A DNA stretch of 64,000 nt, taken from the NCBI GenBank assembly GCA_034521025.1, contig JAXHMZ010000005.1:197176-261175 (forward strand), in the 5' to 3' direction. A program made the position numbers and the translations under genes. Every line of letters starts with the position of its first letter. Within the stretch, counting starts at the first letter, position 1. The DNA is from Candidatus Campbellbacteria bacterium. GTDB lineage: Bacteria; Patescibacteriota; Minisyncoccia; Phycocordibacterales; JAXHMZ01. A model generated the notes under the pieces. It was not told the DNA's origin. It worked only from the letters and a program-made list of their open reading frames with translations, and did no database searches. Below are positions 9,725-18,913 of the stretch, piece after piece.

Positions 9725-9943
9725 TTATGCGCTCATCTCAGGGAGTAGCCCAGCATAATCCATCTGTGGGAATTCGGGAATTTGGTCCTCGTTCTCAACT
9801 CTACGAAGGATTTTCAAGTATCCAGCGTTAAAGCAAAAGTCAACAAAACAGACTTCGTGCTCTTCATCGAGGCCAATCACCTTCCCAATTTCCGGCAGTC
9901 GATAAGCTTTGCCAGGCTTCATCTTGTTAGCGCACTTGAACAT
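9725..9943 (-). CDS. Hypothetical small protein (72 aa) with a long structured 5' leader
   Basis: GGGAGGA immediately upstream of the ATG. A TTGACC-N18-TATAAA promoter on the minus strand at ~10095..10125 gives a ~145-nt leader. Confidence 0.45.
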   Translation of the reverse strand: MFKCANKMKPGKAYRLPEIGKVIGLDEEHEVCFVDFCFNAGYLKILRRVENEDQIPEFPQMDYAGLLPEMSA

Positions 9944-10145
9944 GAGTCCTCCCGGACTTCGCGGTCAATAACCGCGAGGCGTGTACCAGTAAGACCCCTA
10001 TTGTCCTACTCGTCTCACGCACTTGAGGTTCTCTCTAAAACGTTTCCTGTGCGAATATCATTCACACGAGGGCCTATATATTGAAACCTCCTTTCCGAGC
10101 TTTTTATAGCATATTTTTGGAAATATGGTCAATTTTTTGACGTGA

Positions 10146-10177
10146 ATAAAAAGAGCGCAAGGTTGTCCTTGCGCTCA
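10146..10177 (-). terminator. Intrinsic terminator for the 10185..10430 gene
   Basis: Perfect stem gagcgcaagg / ccttgcgctc, followed on the minus strand by TTTTTATT. Confidence 0.7.
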
Positions 10178-10184
10178 GAGTGAC

Positions 10185-10430
10185 TCAATTGTCATTTTCC
10201 TCTTCTTCCAACTTATTTTCCTCTTCTGCTATTTCTTTTTTTACGTCCTCAAGCTCTCTTCGAAGCTTGCTGTTGGTCTTGCCGAGTCCCTTGATCTTGA
10301 TCCGATAGTCATGGATCTTCTTTTGAATGCCGGCGAGGCGCTCTCTCAATTCGTCTTTGTGGCGCCGTAGGTTACTTATGTGCTGCCGCCTCTTTTCTTT
10401 TTCGTTAAGCGCCTCTGCGACGACAATCAC
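10185..10430 (-). CDS. Small coiled-coil protein (hypothetical); the ORF-track start at 10478 is TTG, and the GTG at 10430 has a better RBS
   Basis: AGGAGG sits 5 nt upstream of the GTG. K/E/R-rich heptad-like sequence. Confidence 0.5.
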   Translation of the reverse strand: MIVVAEALNEKEKRRQHISNLRRHKDELRERLAGIQKKIHDYRIKIKGLGKTNSKLRRELEDVKKEIAEEENKLEEEENDN

Positions 10431-10553
10431 CGTGACCTCCTTTCCCAGGACTAGACCTTCTCCTATTAAAAGGAACAAATCAGAGTTATTTTTATCATAC
10501 CACGGTTTTTTGTCAAAATGAGCTTCTCTGGCTTGTAATGATATACTGAAAAA

Positions 10554-11282
10554 ATGAAAACGATTTATATTTTTACTGATGGCGCGTCAAAGGGGAATCC
10601 TGGTCCGGGTGGCTGGGGAGCGGTTTTGGTTGCCGGAAACGAAGTTAAAGAAATAGGTGGCTTTGAAGAGAACACGACCAATAATCGTATGGAATTGATC
10701 GCGGCAATAAAAGCTTTGGAAGAGGTAAGAAGCAACGAAACAAACTCAAAAGAAATAAACGTCTTTTCTGATTCTTCTTACCTTATAAACGGGATCACGA
10801 AATGGATCTATGGCTGGCAGAAAAAGAATTGGAAAACTACAACTAAAAAGGATGTCGCAAACAGCGGTCTTTGGGAGCGCCTTTGGGAGGTCCAAAAAAA
10901 CAGGAATATAAACTGGAAATACGTTCCCGGACACAGTGATGTTGCCGGAAACGAAAGAGCGAATGATATCGCCGAAGAGTTTGCTAGAGGAAAAGACCCC
11001 GATCTCTTCAGAGGTCCGGAAGAGTCTTACCAGATCGGGCTAGTCAGTAACGAGAAGCCCCTAGGAAGGGACGGGCAAATTTCTGATCTAGAAAAAGCGA
11101 GGGAGAGTAAAGGCAAGAATAAAGGCAAGGCGTATTCTTATGTATCGCTCTTAGATGGCAAGATAAAGACGCATAGTACTTGGCAAGAGTGCGAAAAAAG
11201 AGTAAAAGGCAAACCGGCTCTTTATAAAAAAGCAATGTCAAAGGAAGACGAAAAAAATATCATCAGTGAGTTTCGCGGTTAA
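10554..11282 (+). CDS. rnhA: Ribonuclease HI with a C-terminal extension
   Basis: 'FTDGASKGNPGPGGWGAVL', 'TNNRMEL', 'SDSSYLINGI' and 'GHSDVAGNERAD'-like motifs. Confidence 0.85.
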   Translation: MKTIYIFTDGASKGNPGPGGWGAVLVAGNEVKEIGGFEENTTNNRMELIAAIKALEEVRSNETNSKEINVFSDSSYLINGITKWIYGWQKKNWKTTTKKDVANSGLWERLWEVQKNRNINWKYVPGHSDVAGNERANDIAEEFARGKDPDLFRGPEESYQIGLVSNEKPLGRDGQISDLEKARESKGKNKGKAYSYVSLLDGKIKTHSTWQECEKRVKGKPALYKKAMSKEDEKNIISEFRG

Positions 11283-11290
11283 AAGTATAT

Positions 11291-12850
11291 ATGCTGAAAT
11301 TCAGATTCTTTATTCTTCCAATTTCTCTTTTTGGGGTGGCTTCAGGTCTGTTTTTGTTTGAATTTTTGGGATTGGGAGAATATTTTATCCTTTTCCTCCT
11401 TTTAATAATTTTTAGCGTAGTTTTTATAGCTTTTGCGTTCAGGGCTGAAAGAAATCTGAAAGTTTTGATCGTTTTCTCATCACTGTTTTTTCTCAGCGTC
11501 ATTTTTGGTTTAATTCGCGCCAATTTATCTGAAAAAGAGTTTATTCTGTCTCGTCATTCGGGTGAAAGGATCGAAGTAATGGGTACTGTTATGAACGACC
11601 CGGAAGACCGCGGGTCTTATTTATTTGTGATCTTGGAAGCTGATTTTATCCGGACGGATAAAGTGTGCGCCTCTGTTAGTGAGCGAGTGCTAGTCAGGAC
11701 GGATCGTTTTGAACCGATATCTTATGGTGACAATTTGCGTGTTCGGGGGTTAATTGAAAGGCCGGAGCCGTTCGTTACTGACACTGATAGAGTATTTGCT
11801 TATGATGAGTTTTTAGAAAAAGATAATATCGGCGCGGTAATTTCTTTTGCTTCCGTGGACGTTATTTCTTCTGGCGATGGTAATCTTATAAAACAAATGC
11901 TTTTTTCTCTAAAGAATGAATATCTAGATACGGTGTCTCGCTATGTTCCGGACCCGGAGTCATCTCTCCTCGGTGGTTTAACGGTAGGTGCCAAGCAGTC
12001 TCTCGGCGAAGAGTTAGAAAAAGACTTTCGCTCAACCGGCATCATTCATATTGTCGTTCTTTCCGGATACAACGTAGTGATAATAGCTGAAGCAATTTTT
12101 ATTTTATTGCGATATTTTTCAACCAGAGTCAGAGTGTCGTTGGGGATCATTGCGGTGAGCTTCTTTGCCGTTCTTGTTGGCGGAGGAGCTACTGTGGTGC
12201 GCGCTTCTATAATGGCGATAGCCGCTTTAGTTGGAAGGGCGTTGGGGCGGGAAGTTCTTGCGATCCAGACATTGTTTTTTGCCGCCATTGCTATGCTAAT
12301 TTTTAATCCATCTCTCTTGCTTTATGATCCGTCTTTTCAACTATCTTTTATGGCGACTCTCGGCCTCATTCTTTTATCAAAACCCCTTGAGAAATATCTC
12401 CATTGGGTACGATACAAGTGGCTTCGCGACATAACGACCGCAACGGTAGCGACACAGTTGGCGGTTTTGCCTTTGCTAATTTACTTAGTCGGAGAAGTTT
12501 CTCTTGTTGCTCTGCCGGTCAATCTTCTGGTTCTGCCAAGTGTACCACCGGCTATGTTACTCGGATTCCTTACCGGAATTTTCGGCTCTATTCCGTTTAT
12601 CTCTCTTGTTCTCGGACCCGTATTCGGGGCTCTGTCCTTTTTCTTCTTGAGTTATGAGTTGTTAGTAATTGAAGTTTTTGCTGCTCTGCCTTTCGCTTCT
12701 CTAAGATTGCCCCACTTTCCCTTTGTGTTTGTGTTGAGTTTATACGCGTTACTCGGTTTTTTCACTTTGGTGGTTTCTCGTCCTGGCGCGGTCAGAAAAA
12801 ATATACTACTAGATGTTTCTCATTTATTTTTGGGAAAAAGAGAAAAATGA
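11291..12850 (+). CDS. comEC: ComEC/Rec2-family DNA internalisation channel protein (DUF4131 plus competence domain; no MBL domain)
   Basis: Multiple TM helices, with 'GIIHIVVLSGYNVVIIAEA' in the competence-domain region. Confidence 0.75.
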   Translation: MLKFRFFILPISLFGVASGLFLFEFLGLGEYFILFLLLIIFSVVFIAFAFRAERNLKVLIVFSSLFFLSVIFGLIRANLSEKEFILSRHSGERIEVMGTVMNDPEDRGSYLFVILEADFIRTDKVCASVSERVLVRTDRFEPISYGDNLRVRGLIERPEPFVTDTDRVFAYDEFLEKDNIGAVISFASVDVISSGDGNLIKQMLFSLKNEYLDTVSRYVPDPESSLLGGLTVGAKQSLGEELEKDFRSTGIIHIVVLSGYNVVIIAEAIFILLRYFSTRVRVSLGIIAVSFFAVLVGGGATVVRASIMAIAALVGRALGREVLAIQTLFFAAIAMLIFNPSLLLYDPSFQLSFMATLGLILLSKPLEKYLHWVRYKWLRDITTATVATQLAVLPLLIYLVGEVSLVALPVNLLVLPSVPPAMLLGFLTGIFGSIPFISLVLGPVFGALSFFFLSYELLVIEVFAALPFASLRLPHFPFVFVLSLYALLGFFTLVVSRPGAVRKNILLDVSHLFLGKREK

Positions 12851-12892
12851 AAGCCCGCTTTTACGGACTTTTAAAATTGAATCGCTCGGGGT

Positions 12893-13516
12893 TTAGGATC
12901 GCGCGCTTTGGAATCTCTCTTCCGGAACTCGCCAGTTGGTGTTTTTCATTACTGCTTCAACGTAACTGCTCTTTTCGCTCGGAGCGTAGTCCAGCATAAA
13001 GGCGTGCTCCCACATATCAATTCCAAAGATGAATTGCGCGCTGTTTAGGTGTCCAAGGTGTTGCTCATCTATCCAGCTGTTTAGCAACCTGTCTTTTTCA
13101 CGATCGTAATAAAGGATCGCGAATCCGATGCCGCGCATACCTGTTAAGTAAACGATGTCCTCCTTCCAGGTCTCGACAGAACCAAAGTCCTCTTCAAGTT
13201 TTTGAGCAAGGGGGCTTTCCGGATCTATCTCCTGAATACCTTCCGTGAACTGCTCAAAGAAATATTCGTGGTTGCGCATTCCTCCGAATTCAAAGGCGAA
13301 ACGCCTGCGCGCCTCTAGAAGAGCGTATTTGTTATTCTCATCGCCACGAAGGGACTCTATAAGATCCAGAACTTTATTGGTATTCTTTACGTAACCTGAG
13401 TAGAGACCCAGGTGGGTGTCCATTGTTTTCTCGGAGATCCCTTCGAGCGCGTGGAACTCGAATTGTTGTTCGCTATAGTGATTCATAAGTTTTACTGTTA
13501 GCTTGTAATTAATCAC
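12893..13516 (-). CDS. sodA: Fe/Mn-family superoxide dismutase
   Basis: C-terminal 'IFGIDMWEHAFMLDY' matches the GIDVWEHAYY SOD signature. N-terminal helical hairpin with His residues. 207 aa. Confidence 0.8.
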   Translation of the reverse strand: MINYKLTVKLMNHYSEQQFEFHALEGISEKTMDTHLGLYSGYVKNTNKVLDLIESLRGDENNKYALLEARRRFAFEFGGMRNHEYFFEQFTEGIQEIDPESPLAQKLEEDFGSVETWKEDIVYLTGMRGIGFAILYYDREKDRLLNSWIDEQHLGHLNSAQFIFGIDMWEHAFMLDYAPSEKSSYVEAVMKNTNWRVPEERFQSARS

Positions 13517-13537
13517 ATTGTAACACGCTTACCACCT

Positions 13538-14416
13538 ATGAGATCCTTCAGGTCTTTATTAATACTCCTTACTTTCATCTCCTTTTTTGTAGCGGTGGCG
13601 TTGTGGCTCGTCCTATTTATTCACTCAATAGAGAAACCGCTGGAGGTGGTTTTTCTCGATGTAGGGCAGGGAGACGCTATTTTTATAGAAACACCCAAGG
13701 GCGAAGAAATTCTAATAGATGGCGGTAGAGATAACTCGGTGTTGCGTGGGCTTTCGCAAGTTATGCCGTTCTGGGATCGCTCGATCGATCTTGTCATAGC
13801 GACTCACCCGGACGCTGATCATATCGGCGGAATTGTTGACGTCCTAAGAAGGTATAAAGTGAAAGCTATTCTTGATACAGAAGTAGAAAACGACACCCCG
13901 GCCTTCATTTCATATTCTCAAGAAGTTCAAAAGGAAAAAGCTCGATCGATAGATCCTGTGCGAGGCTCGCAGTTATTTTTTGACAATGTTGTTCTGACTA
14001 TTTTGTCAAAAGAATCTAGTGTGACAAGCGACCCCAACGATGCTTCGATCATTGTCCGTCTTGACTATGGCGAGACAAGCTTTTTGTTAACTGGTGACGC
14101 GGACAAGAAGACGGAGCGAGAGTTGTTGGGTTTTTACGATGCTCTTGAAGCAGATGTTTTAAAGGTGGGACACCACGGCTCAAGTACTTCTACCGCGAGC
14201 GAATTCGTCTCGGCTGTTTCACCGGAGTTCGCTGTTATATCAGTGGGCGAAGACAATTCCTATGGCCACCCAACCGATGAAGTGCTCAATACTTTAGAGA
14301 AACAAGAAGTAGAAATTCTGCGGACCGACGAAGACGGTATGATCAGATTTGAAAGTAATGGCGATATTCTCGTACAAAAGGACCCCGGATTTTTCCAAAA
14401 GTTAATAGGAATATAA
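13538..14416 (+). CDS. Metallo-beta-lactamase-fold domain protein (ComEC C-terminal nuclease-like domain encoded as a separate gene)
   Basis: N-terminal TM segment; 'LDVGQGDAIFIE', 'HPDADHIGG' and 'GHHGS' MBL motifs. Confidence 0.75.
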   Translation: MRSFRSLLILLTFISFFVAVALWLVLFIHSIEKPLEVVFLDVGQGDAIFIETPKGEEILIDGGRDNSVLRGLSQVMPFWDRSIDLVIATHPDADHIGGIVDVLRRYKVKAILDTEVENDTPAFISYSQEVQKEKARSIDPVRGSQLFFDNVVLTILSKESSVTSDPNDASIIVRLDYGETSFLLTGDADKKTERELLGFYDALEADVLKVGHHGSSTSTASEFVSAVSPEFAVISVGEDNSYGHPTDEVLNTLEKQEVEILRTDEDGMIRFESNGDILVQKDPGFFQKLIGI

Positions 14417-14430
14417 TTATTTAATCACAC

Positions 14431-14459
14431 TTGACAAAAGTATGCTTATGATATATAAA
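14431..14459 (+). promoter_or_regulatory. Sigma70-like promoter TTGACA-N17-TATAAA
   Basis: Near-consensus -35/-10 with 17-nt spacing, directly upstream of the GC-rich element. Confidence 0.55.
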
Positions 14460-14465
14460 GTAGAC

Positions 14466-14786
14466 CGACGTCCTTTTCAAACGGGAGGAGAAGAAGATGC
14501 GCGGAAGCAATAACTCGCACAAAGGTGTTCCTCGGGACGCGGATTGCGCTGTAAAGCCAACCTGCGCTCGCCCAAAGCCCTCTGGCCAAGCGAAGCGTGA
14601 TGCCGCTCGTAGGCTGCGCCAGGGGCTTAAGCAGAGAGATCGTCTCGTAACAGAGACGGCTTTCGAGGAAACCCCAAGAGAGGATACCGCAGAGCCGCGT
14701 CGCTCCACTTCCGCGATGTCTGTCTGAGCGTATACATAACGTTCTGACATCAGATAGCCCCGAGTTTAACAGCTCGGGGTTTTTTA
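14466..14786 (+). ncRNA. Unidentified GC-rich structured element (candidate ncRNA, or a 76-aa Arg-rich ORF 14497..14727)
   Basis: Bounded by a strong promoter and a hairpin (ccccgag...gctcgggg) plus T-run terminator at 14757..14786. Locally elevated GC with long-range complementarity (CGCGGAAG/CUUCCGCG). GGAGGA sits 9 nt upstream of an ATG at 14497. Confidence 0.3.
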
Positions 14787-14838
14787 TTTAGGCAACTTTA
14801 GTGTTCGATTTTCGCGCAAATTTATATATAATGGCGGT

Positions 14839-16023
14839 ATGGAACAAATGCCCCAACATCCGGATCGTCCCGACCACAATGAGCACATACCATATGATGA
14901 GTCGCCGGCGGCTAGAATAGAAAATCCATACTTTTTTTCTGAAAGTAAAGAAGGTGGCAAGGGTCTTAACTCCTACATTGAAAAGCGTTCTCTAAAGCGC
15001 GTAGAAAAAGAACGCAAAGGAGAAGAGAGCCAAGAAGAATACACGTCTCGTATGGGAAGGGCACTTGACTACACGATGGGTTTTCTCCCTAAAGCCGCCG
15101 GTAGTCTATATGAATTTCGTCAACAAAATAAAGCCAAAGAAAGCGGTGAACGTCGTCGCGTGGACGCCGAAAAACTTCTCCCGATAGTAGAGTTCCAAAA
15201 CAAGATAGTCTCAATACTTTCCGGGCTTAGTCCGGAGGATCGTTATAAATATGTGAAAGCTTCTCGGGTCGCTCTAAACGAATGGTTTGAAAAGGAAAAC
15301 ATAGACAAAGAAATTCGATCAGAAATGCGCACTACATTTGATGGTTGCGAGGCGGTTTGCGGGTATATGGATAAACGCAAAGAAGAACTGGGTGAAAATG
15401 TGAGCTTTTTTACTGATGTCTATTTGGATTGGAAGTATGGGATTGACCTGGTGGAGTTTAGTCCTCGTGAGAATAAAGAGGCGCTAGATATGCGGCTTGT
15501 ACAGAATAAGTCTTCATTCGGATCAAATGAAGATGTGGCAAAAGATCAAGAACGCCACTATTCTTGGGTTCAAAATGAACTTCTCGGTATGAACGATGTT
15601 CTGGATCGATTTTCCGAAGTGGTTGAAGCTGAATATAACTCGGAGCACCAAAAAGATCTGCGTAAGGTTTTGGCGGACTCGTTTGCTGACTCGGCGCTCG
15701 CAGCGCTTGAAATAAAACAGGGGGAGAATGAAGTCGGCTCGGAGTCAAACAAAGATAGACAGTTCTTAGAAAACGAAAGTGAATTATCCCGACTTGCCTT
15801 TGCGCTCTCTTTCCAGGAAGACGGCGAAAAGGAGAGTACCTTAGGAAATATAGCTGAGGAAATTAAAAATGAAGAGAGCGAGGACTTCATAAACAAAATT
15901 CCGATATCTAGGATATACTCTGTCTTTGCGGTGAATGATGAAACGCCAGGAAATCCGGCTTTGTTGTACTCAGAAGGTAGAGATGGAAGAAATTTGTTCA
16001 CGGGAGTTGAGCAAAGTGTATAA
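14839..16023 (+). CDS. Hypothetical protein (acidic, 394 aa)
   Basis: Long ORF with no recognisable motifs. Confidence 0.5.
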   Translation: MEQMPQHPDRPDHNEHIPYDESPAARIENPYFFSESKEGGKGLNSYIEKRSLKRVEKERKGEESQEEYTSRMGRALDYTMGFLPKAAGSLYEFRQQNKAKESGERRRVDAEKLLPIVEFQNKIVSILSGLSPEDRYKYVKASRVALNEWFEKENIDKEIRSEMRTTFDGCEAVCGYMDKRKEELGENVSFFTDVYLDWKYGIDLVEFSPRENKEALDMRLVQNKSSFGSNEDVAKDQERHYSWVQNELLGMNDVLDRFSEVVEAEYNSEHQKDLRKVLADSFADSALAALEIKQGENEVGSESNKDRQFLENESELSRLAFALSFQEDGEKESTLGNIAEEIKNEESEDFINKIPISRIYSVFAVNDETPGNPALLYSEGRDGRNLFTGVEQSV

Positions 16024-16070
16024 CTTTACAAATCTTTATTTTTATAGTATAAATGTTCATGGAGGACACA

Positions 16071-16268
16071 ATGAATAACAAGCCAGCAAACCAAAATGGA
16101 AACGAGGCAGACACTGCCTCGTCTCGAAGTGAGATAAAGATCGCGGTAGATGAGCTTATGGAGAAAATGGTGCCCGAGCTTAAGGCGGTAATTGATAACG
16201 ATGAACTCAGCGACGAAGCAGGGCGCGAGAAAATTGAAGCCATTCGCGAACGATTTACATCTCAGTAG
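16071..16268 (+). CDS. Hypothetical small acidic protein
   Basis: GGAGGA sits 6 nt upstream of ATG 16071. The ORF-track start at 16053 is further upstream. Confidence 0.45.
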   Translation: MNNKPANQNGNEADTASSRSEIKIAVDELMEKMVPELKAVIDNDELSDEAGREKIEAIRERFTSQ

Positions 16269-16280
16269 ACGGAGGTAAAT

Positions 16281-16865
16281 GTGAAGGCAAAGCGATTGCT
16301 CTTGCTGAAGACTGTGATATTGATCCCACTTGTCCTGTCGTTTGTTTCATTTGCAATCCAAATGAGCCCTAGGTTCGAGCTGTTTTTCCCGGACATAGGT
16401 GCCCATATCAGAGGCACGGTCCAGCTGTCCATTCCAGAAGTTGAGGTTGTCAGGAACGCGACTGAATTACCGGTTCCGGAAGTTCAAGTTGCCTACGTTT
16501 TGAGATCAACCGCGTACAACTCCGTATCCGGGCAAACTGACTCAACACCTAATATTACCGCGACAGGTGAACGCACTCAGCATGGAATTGTAGCACTATC
16601 TCGAGATATGCTCGAGATGTTCCCTTACGGAACAACGGTCAAGATACTTGATATTCGTTCCATGGATGGAGCGCCGAATGGTTGCGGAGCAACTCCAAAG
16701 ACCATCGAGCGTCTACCAACCCTTCCAGGGTTGAGTCCGGGCGAATTTCGGGTAGCGGATACGATGCATCCCCGCAAACAAAGACAGGTGGATGTCTGGC
16801 TCGACAGGGTAGAGTACGCACGCAACTGGGGAGTTTGTGAAGTTGTGTTGGCCAAAGCCAACTAG
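16281..16865 (+). CDS. 3D-domain (MltA/YuiC-like) cell-wall-associated protein
   Basis: N-terminal signal/TM; C-terminal 'TATGERTQHGIVALSRD...YGTTVKILD...FRVADTMHP...VDVWLD' resembles a 3D domain. Confidence 0.55.
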   Translation: MKAKRLLLLKTVILIPLVLSFVSFAIQMSPRFELFFPDIGAHIRGTVQLSIPEVEVVRNATELPVPEVQVAYVLRSTAYNSVSGQTDSTPNITATGERTQHGIVALSRDMLEMFPYGTTVKILDIRSMDGAPNGCGATPKTIERLPTLPGLSPGEFRVADTMHPRKQRQVDVWLDRVEYARNWGVCEVVLAKAN

Positions 16866-16890
16866 TTCTTTCTGAAAGATCAGAGTGAAA

Positions 16891-16930
16891 CAAAAAGACC
16901 GCACCATTTAGGTAGCGGTCTTCTTTTATA
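16891..16930. terminator. Bidirectional intrinsic terminator between the 3D-domain gene and rpmB
   Basis: Stem aagaccgc / gcggtctt, flanked by an A-run and a T-run. Confidence 0.6.
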
Positions 16931-16946
16931 TAAATATTCAGAGCTA

Positions 16947-17189
16947 TTAGATAATGCCGGCTTTTTTGAGTGTTTCAAAGGCTCCGTTTTTTTGTATGGT
17001 TTTTAGCCCCTTGGTTGAAACGTTAACCGTAACGTATTTTTCCAACTCAGGAACAAATATCCTCTTCTTCTGGATATTGGCTCTCTTTCTTTTCTTGCCG
17101 GTAGGGTTGAACTGGGTAGCACGAGTGCGGTTAGAATACCCGCCTCCTATTTGTGAACTTTTTCCTGTGATCTCGCAAACTTTTGACAT
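16947..17189 (-). CDS. rpmB: 50S ribosomal protein L28
   Basis: 'MSKVCEITGK...TRATQFNP...VSTKGLKTI' matches L28. Confidence 0.85.
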   Translation of the reverse strand: MSKVCEITGKSSQIGGGYSNRTRATQFNPTGKKRKRANIQKKRIFVPELEKYVTVNVSTKGLKTIQKNGAFETLKKAGII

Positions 17190-17251
17190 AATAATGAGTT
17201 TTTCTTACGCAAGCTACTTTAGCATATCTACCCATTTATGCAATATTTGAT

Positions 17252-17887
17252 ATGATACACTACATCATTATGACTATAGGAGCTCTCATTGGGATCATTG
17301 TACTGATACTTTCCGTGGTGGTGCACGAGGTGGCGCATGGCTTTGTGGCAAACAAACTCGGCGACCCTACGGCGCGTCTTGAGGGGCGTTTGACACTCAA
17401 TCCGATAAAACACATCGATCCGGTCGGCTCTATTCTGATCCCCGGTCTCCTTATGATAACTAACGCGCCATTTCTTTTTGGTTGGGCGAAACCTGTACCG
17501 TACAATCCGTATAACCTCAGAGATCCCAATCGTGATGAAGCGCTTATCGCTGTTGCCGGTCCGGTTTCAAATATTATCTTGGCGACTTTGGGCGCCGTGT
17601 TGTTCAGAGTATTGGTAATGGGAGGAGAGGTCGGCTTGTTTGCCGAAATACTGATCCCGTTTGTCATCATAAACCTGGTTTTGGCTTTGTTTAACCTGGT
17701 TCCTATACCGCCGCTTGATGGCTCCAAAATTCTTTTCTCAATTTTGCCGGTCTCTATGTATCACATTCGGCAAACACTAGAGAGCTTTGGTTTCTTTATA
17801 GTGATCGCCTTCATTGTTCTCTTTGGAGGATTTATTGGACCGGCCGTTTTCAGTCTTGCCGAATTGATGCTTGGTGTTGCAATATAG
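17252..17887 (+). CDS. Site-2 protease family (M50) zinc metalloprotease
   Basis: 'HEVAHG' HExxH within a TM helix and a downstream 'NLVPIPPLDGSKIL' LDG motif. Confidence 0.8.
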   Translation: MIHYIIMTIGALIGIIVLILSVVVHEVAHGFVANKLGDPTARLEGRLTLNPIKHIDPVGSILIPGLLMITNAPFLFGWAKPVPYNPYNLRDPNRDEALIAVAGPVSNIILATLGAVLFRVLVMGGEVGLFAEILIPFVIINLVLALFNLVPIPPLDGSKILFSILPVSMYHIRQTLESFGFFIVIAFIVLFGGFIGPAVFSLAELMLGVAI

Positions 17888-17984
17888 ACATATTATGAGA
17901 CTTGCATTCTCACTTCGCCTGTAGTACTGTACTCTCTGTTGAAGCTCAATACGGGCTAGATTTTAATGTATACGAAAATTTGTA

Positions 17985-18389
17985 ATGGCAACAATTAATC
18001 AATTAACGAGAAAAGGGCGTAGCAAAAAACCACAGAAATCCAAAACTGTGGCTCTTGCTCGTGGGTTTAATACTCTTAAAAACCGCCCTTCTCTCTATAA
18101 CTCTCCTTTTAAAAGAGGCGTTTGCACAAAAGTAACAACCACAACTCCTCGCAAGCCGAACTCCGCGGTCAGAAAGATCGCTCGTGTTCGTTTGACGAAC
18201 GGTATGGAAGTGACCGCGTATATCCCGGGTATGGGACACTCGCTACAGGAACACTCGGTAGTGATGCTACGTGGTGGTGGTCCGAAAGACATTGGCGCCA
18301 ACTATACGGTAGTTCGCGGAGTTCTCGACTCTGGCGGAGTAGATGGGCGCAAAAAAGGACGCAGTAAATATGGAGCTAAGAGAGAATAA
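17985..18389 (+). CDS. rpsL: 30S ribosomal protein S12
   Basis: '[12 protein letters not shown]...PKKPNSA.RK...VTAYIPG' matches S12. Confidence 0.95.
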   Translation: MATINQLTRKGRSKKPQKSKTVALARGFNTLKNRPSLYNSPFKRGVCTKVTTTTPRKPNSAVRKIARVRLTNGMEVTAYIPGMGHSLQEHSVVMLRGGGPKDIGANYTVVRGVLDSGGVDGRKKGRSKYGAKRE

Positions 18390-18397
18390 ATAATATT

Positions 18398-18865
18398 ATG
18401 CGAAGACCAGTCAAAAAAACGCCACAGCCTGTCGCGGATTCAGTCTACAACTCTGTACGGCTTTCGAGGTTCGTAAACTATATTATGTTAGACGGTAAGA
18501 AGAGTACCGCGCGCAAGATAGTCTATGATGCTCTGGATAGGATCAAGAAAAACACCAAAAAAGACCCGCTTGAGGTCTTTGAGACGGCTCTACACAATGT
18601 TGGCCCAACTATGGAAGTACGCAGCCGTCGGGTCGGAGGAGCTAACTATCAGGTCCCTCGAGAGGTACGTCCGGAAAGACGCGACCAACTCGCTATGCGG
18701 TGGATCGTAAATGCCGTGCGCGCGGAAACTGGTCGCCCTATGTACGAACGATTGGCCGACGAGATCCTAGCCGCCGCGAACGAAGAAGGAACCGCTTTTG
18801 CCAAGAAAGAAAATACCCACAAGATGGCCGAAGCCAACAAGGCATTTGCTCACTTCGCTTGGTAA
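18398..18865 (+). CDS. rpsG: 30S ribosomal protein S7
   Basis: Conserved S7 sequence, directly after rpsL. Confidence 0.95.
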   Translation: MRRPVKKTPQPVADSVYNSVRLSRFVNYIMLDGKKSTARKIVYDALDRIKKNTKKDPLEVFETALHNVGPTMEVRSRRVGGANYQVPREVRPERRDQLAMRWIVNAVRAETGRPMYERLADEILAAANEEGTAFAKKENTHKMAEANKAFAHFAW

Positions 18866-18913
18866 CAGAGTTAGTAAAATTATATAAACAGTTTTTATTA
18901 TCAATTTATTTGT

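Noticed and set aside
9782-10084. 100-aa plus-strand ORF
   Set aside because: Lies across the leader/promoter of the minus-strand small gene and the terminator of the next gene. No RBS. Composition not protein-like.
11263-11523. 86-aa minus-strand ORF overlapping the rnhA end and comEC start
   Set aside because: K/R-rich low-complexity sequence antisense to the comEC N-terminus. Spurious.
14421-14750. Minus-strand 109-aa ORF, and RNase P RNA / tmRNA / SRP RNA identities for the GC-rich element
   Set aside because: The ORF is R/S-rich junk antisense to a structured region. A P4-like pairing exists, but the strand spacing (~90 nt) is incompatible with RNase P. There is no tRNA-like 3' end or tag reading frame for tmRNA, and no SRP domain IV motif. 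The element is left unassigned.
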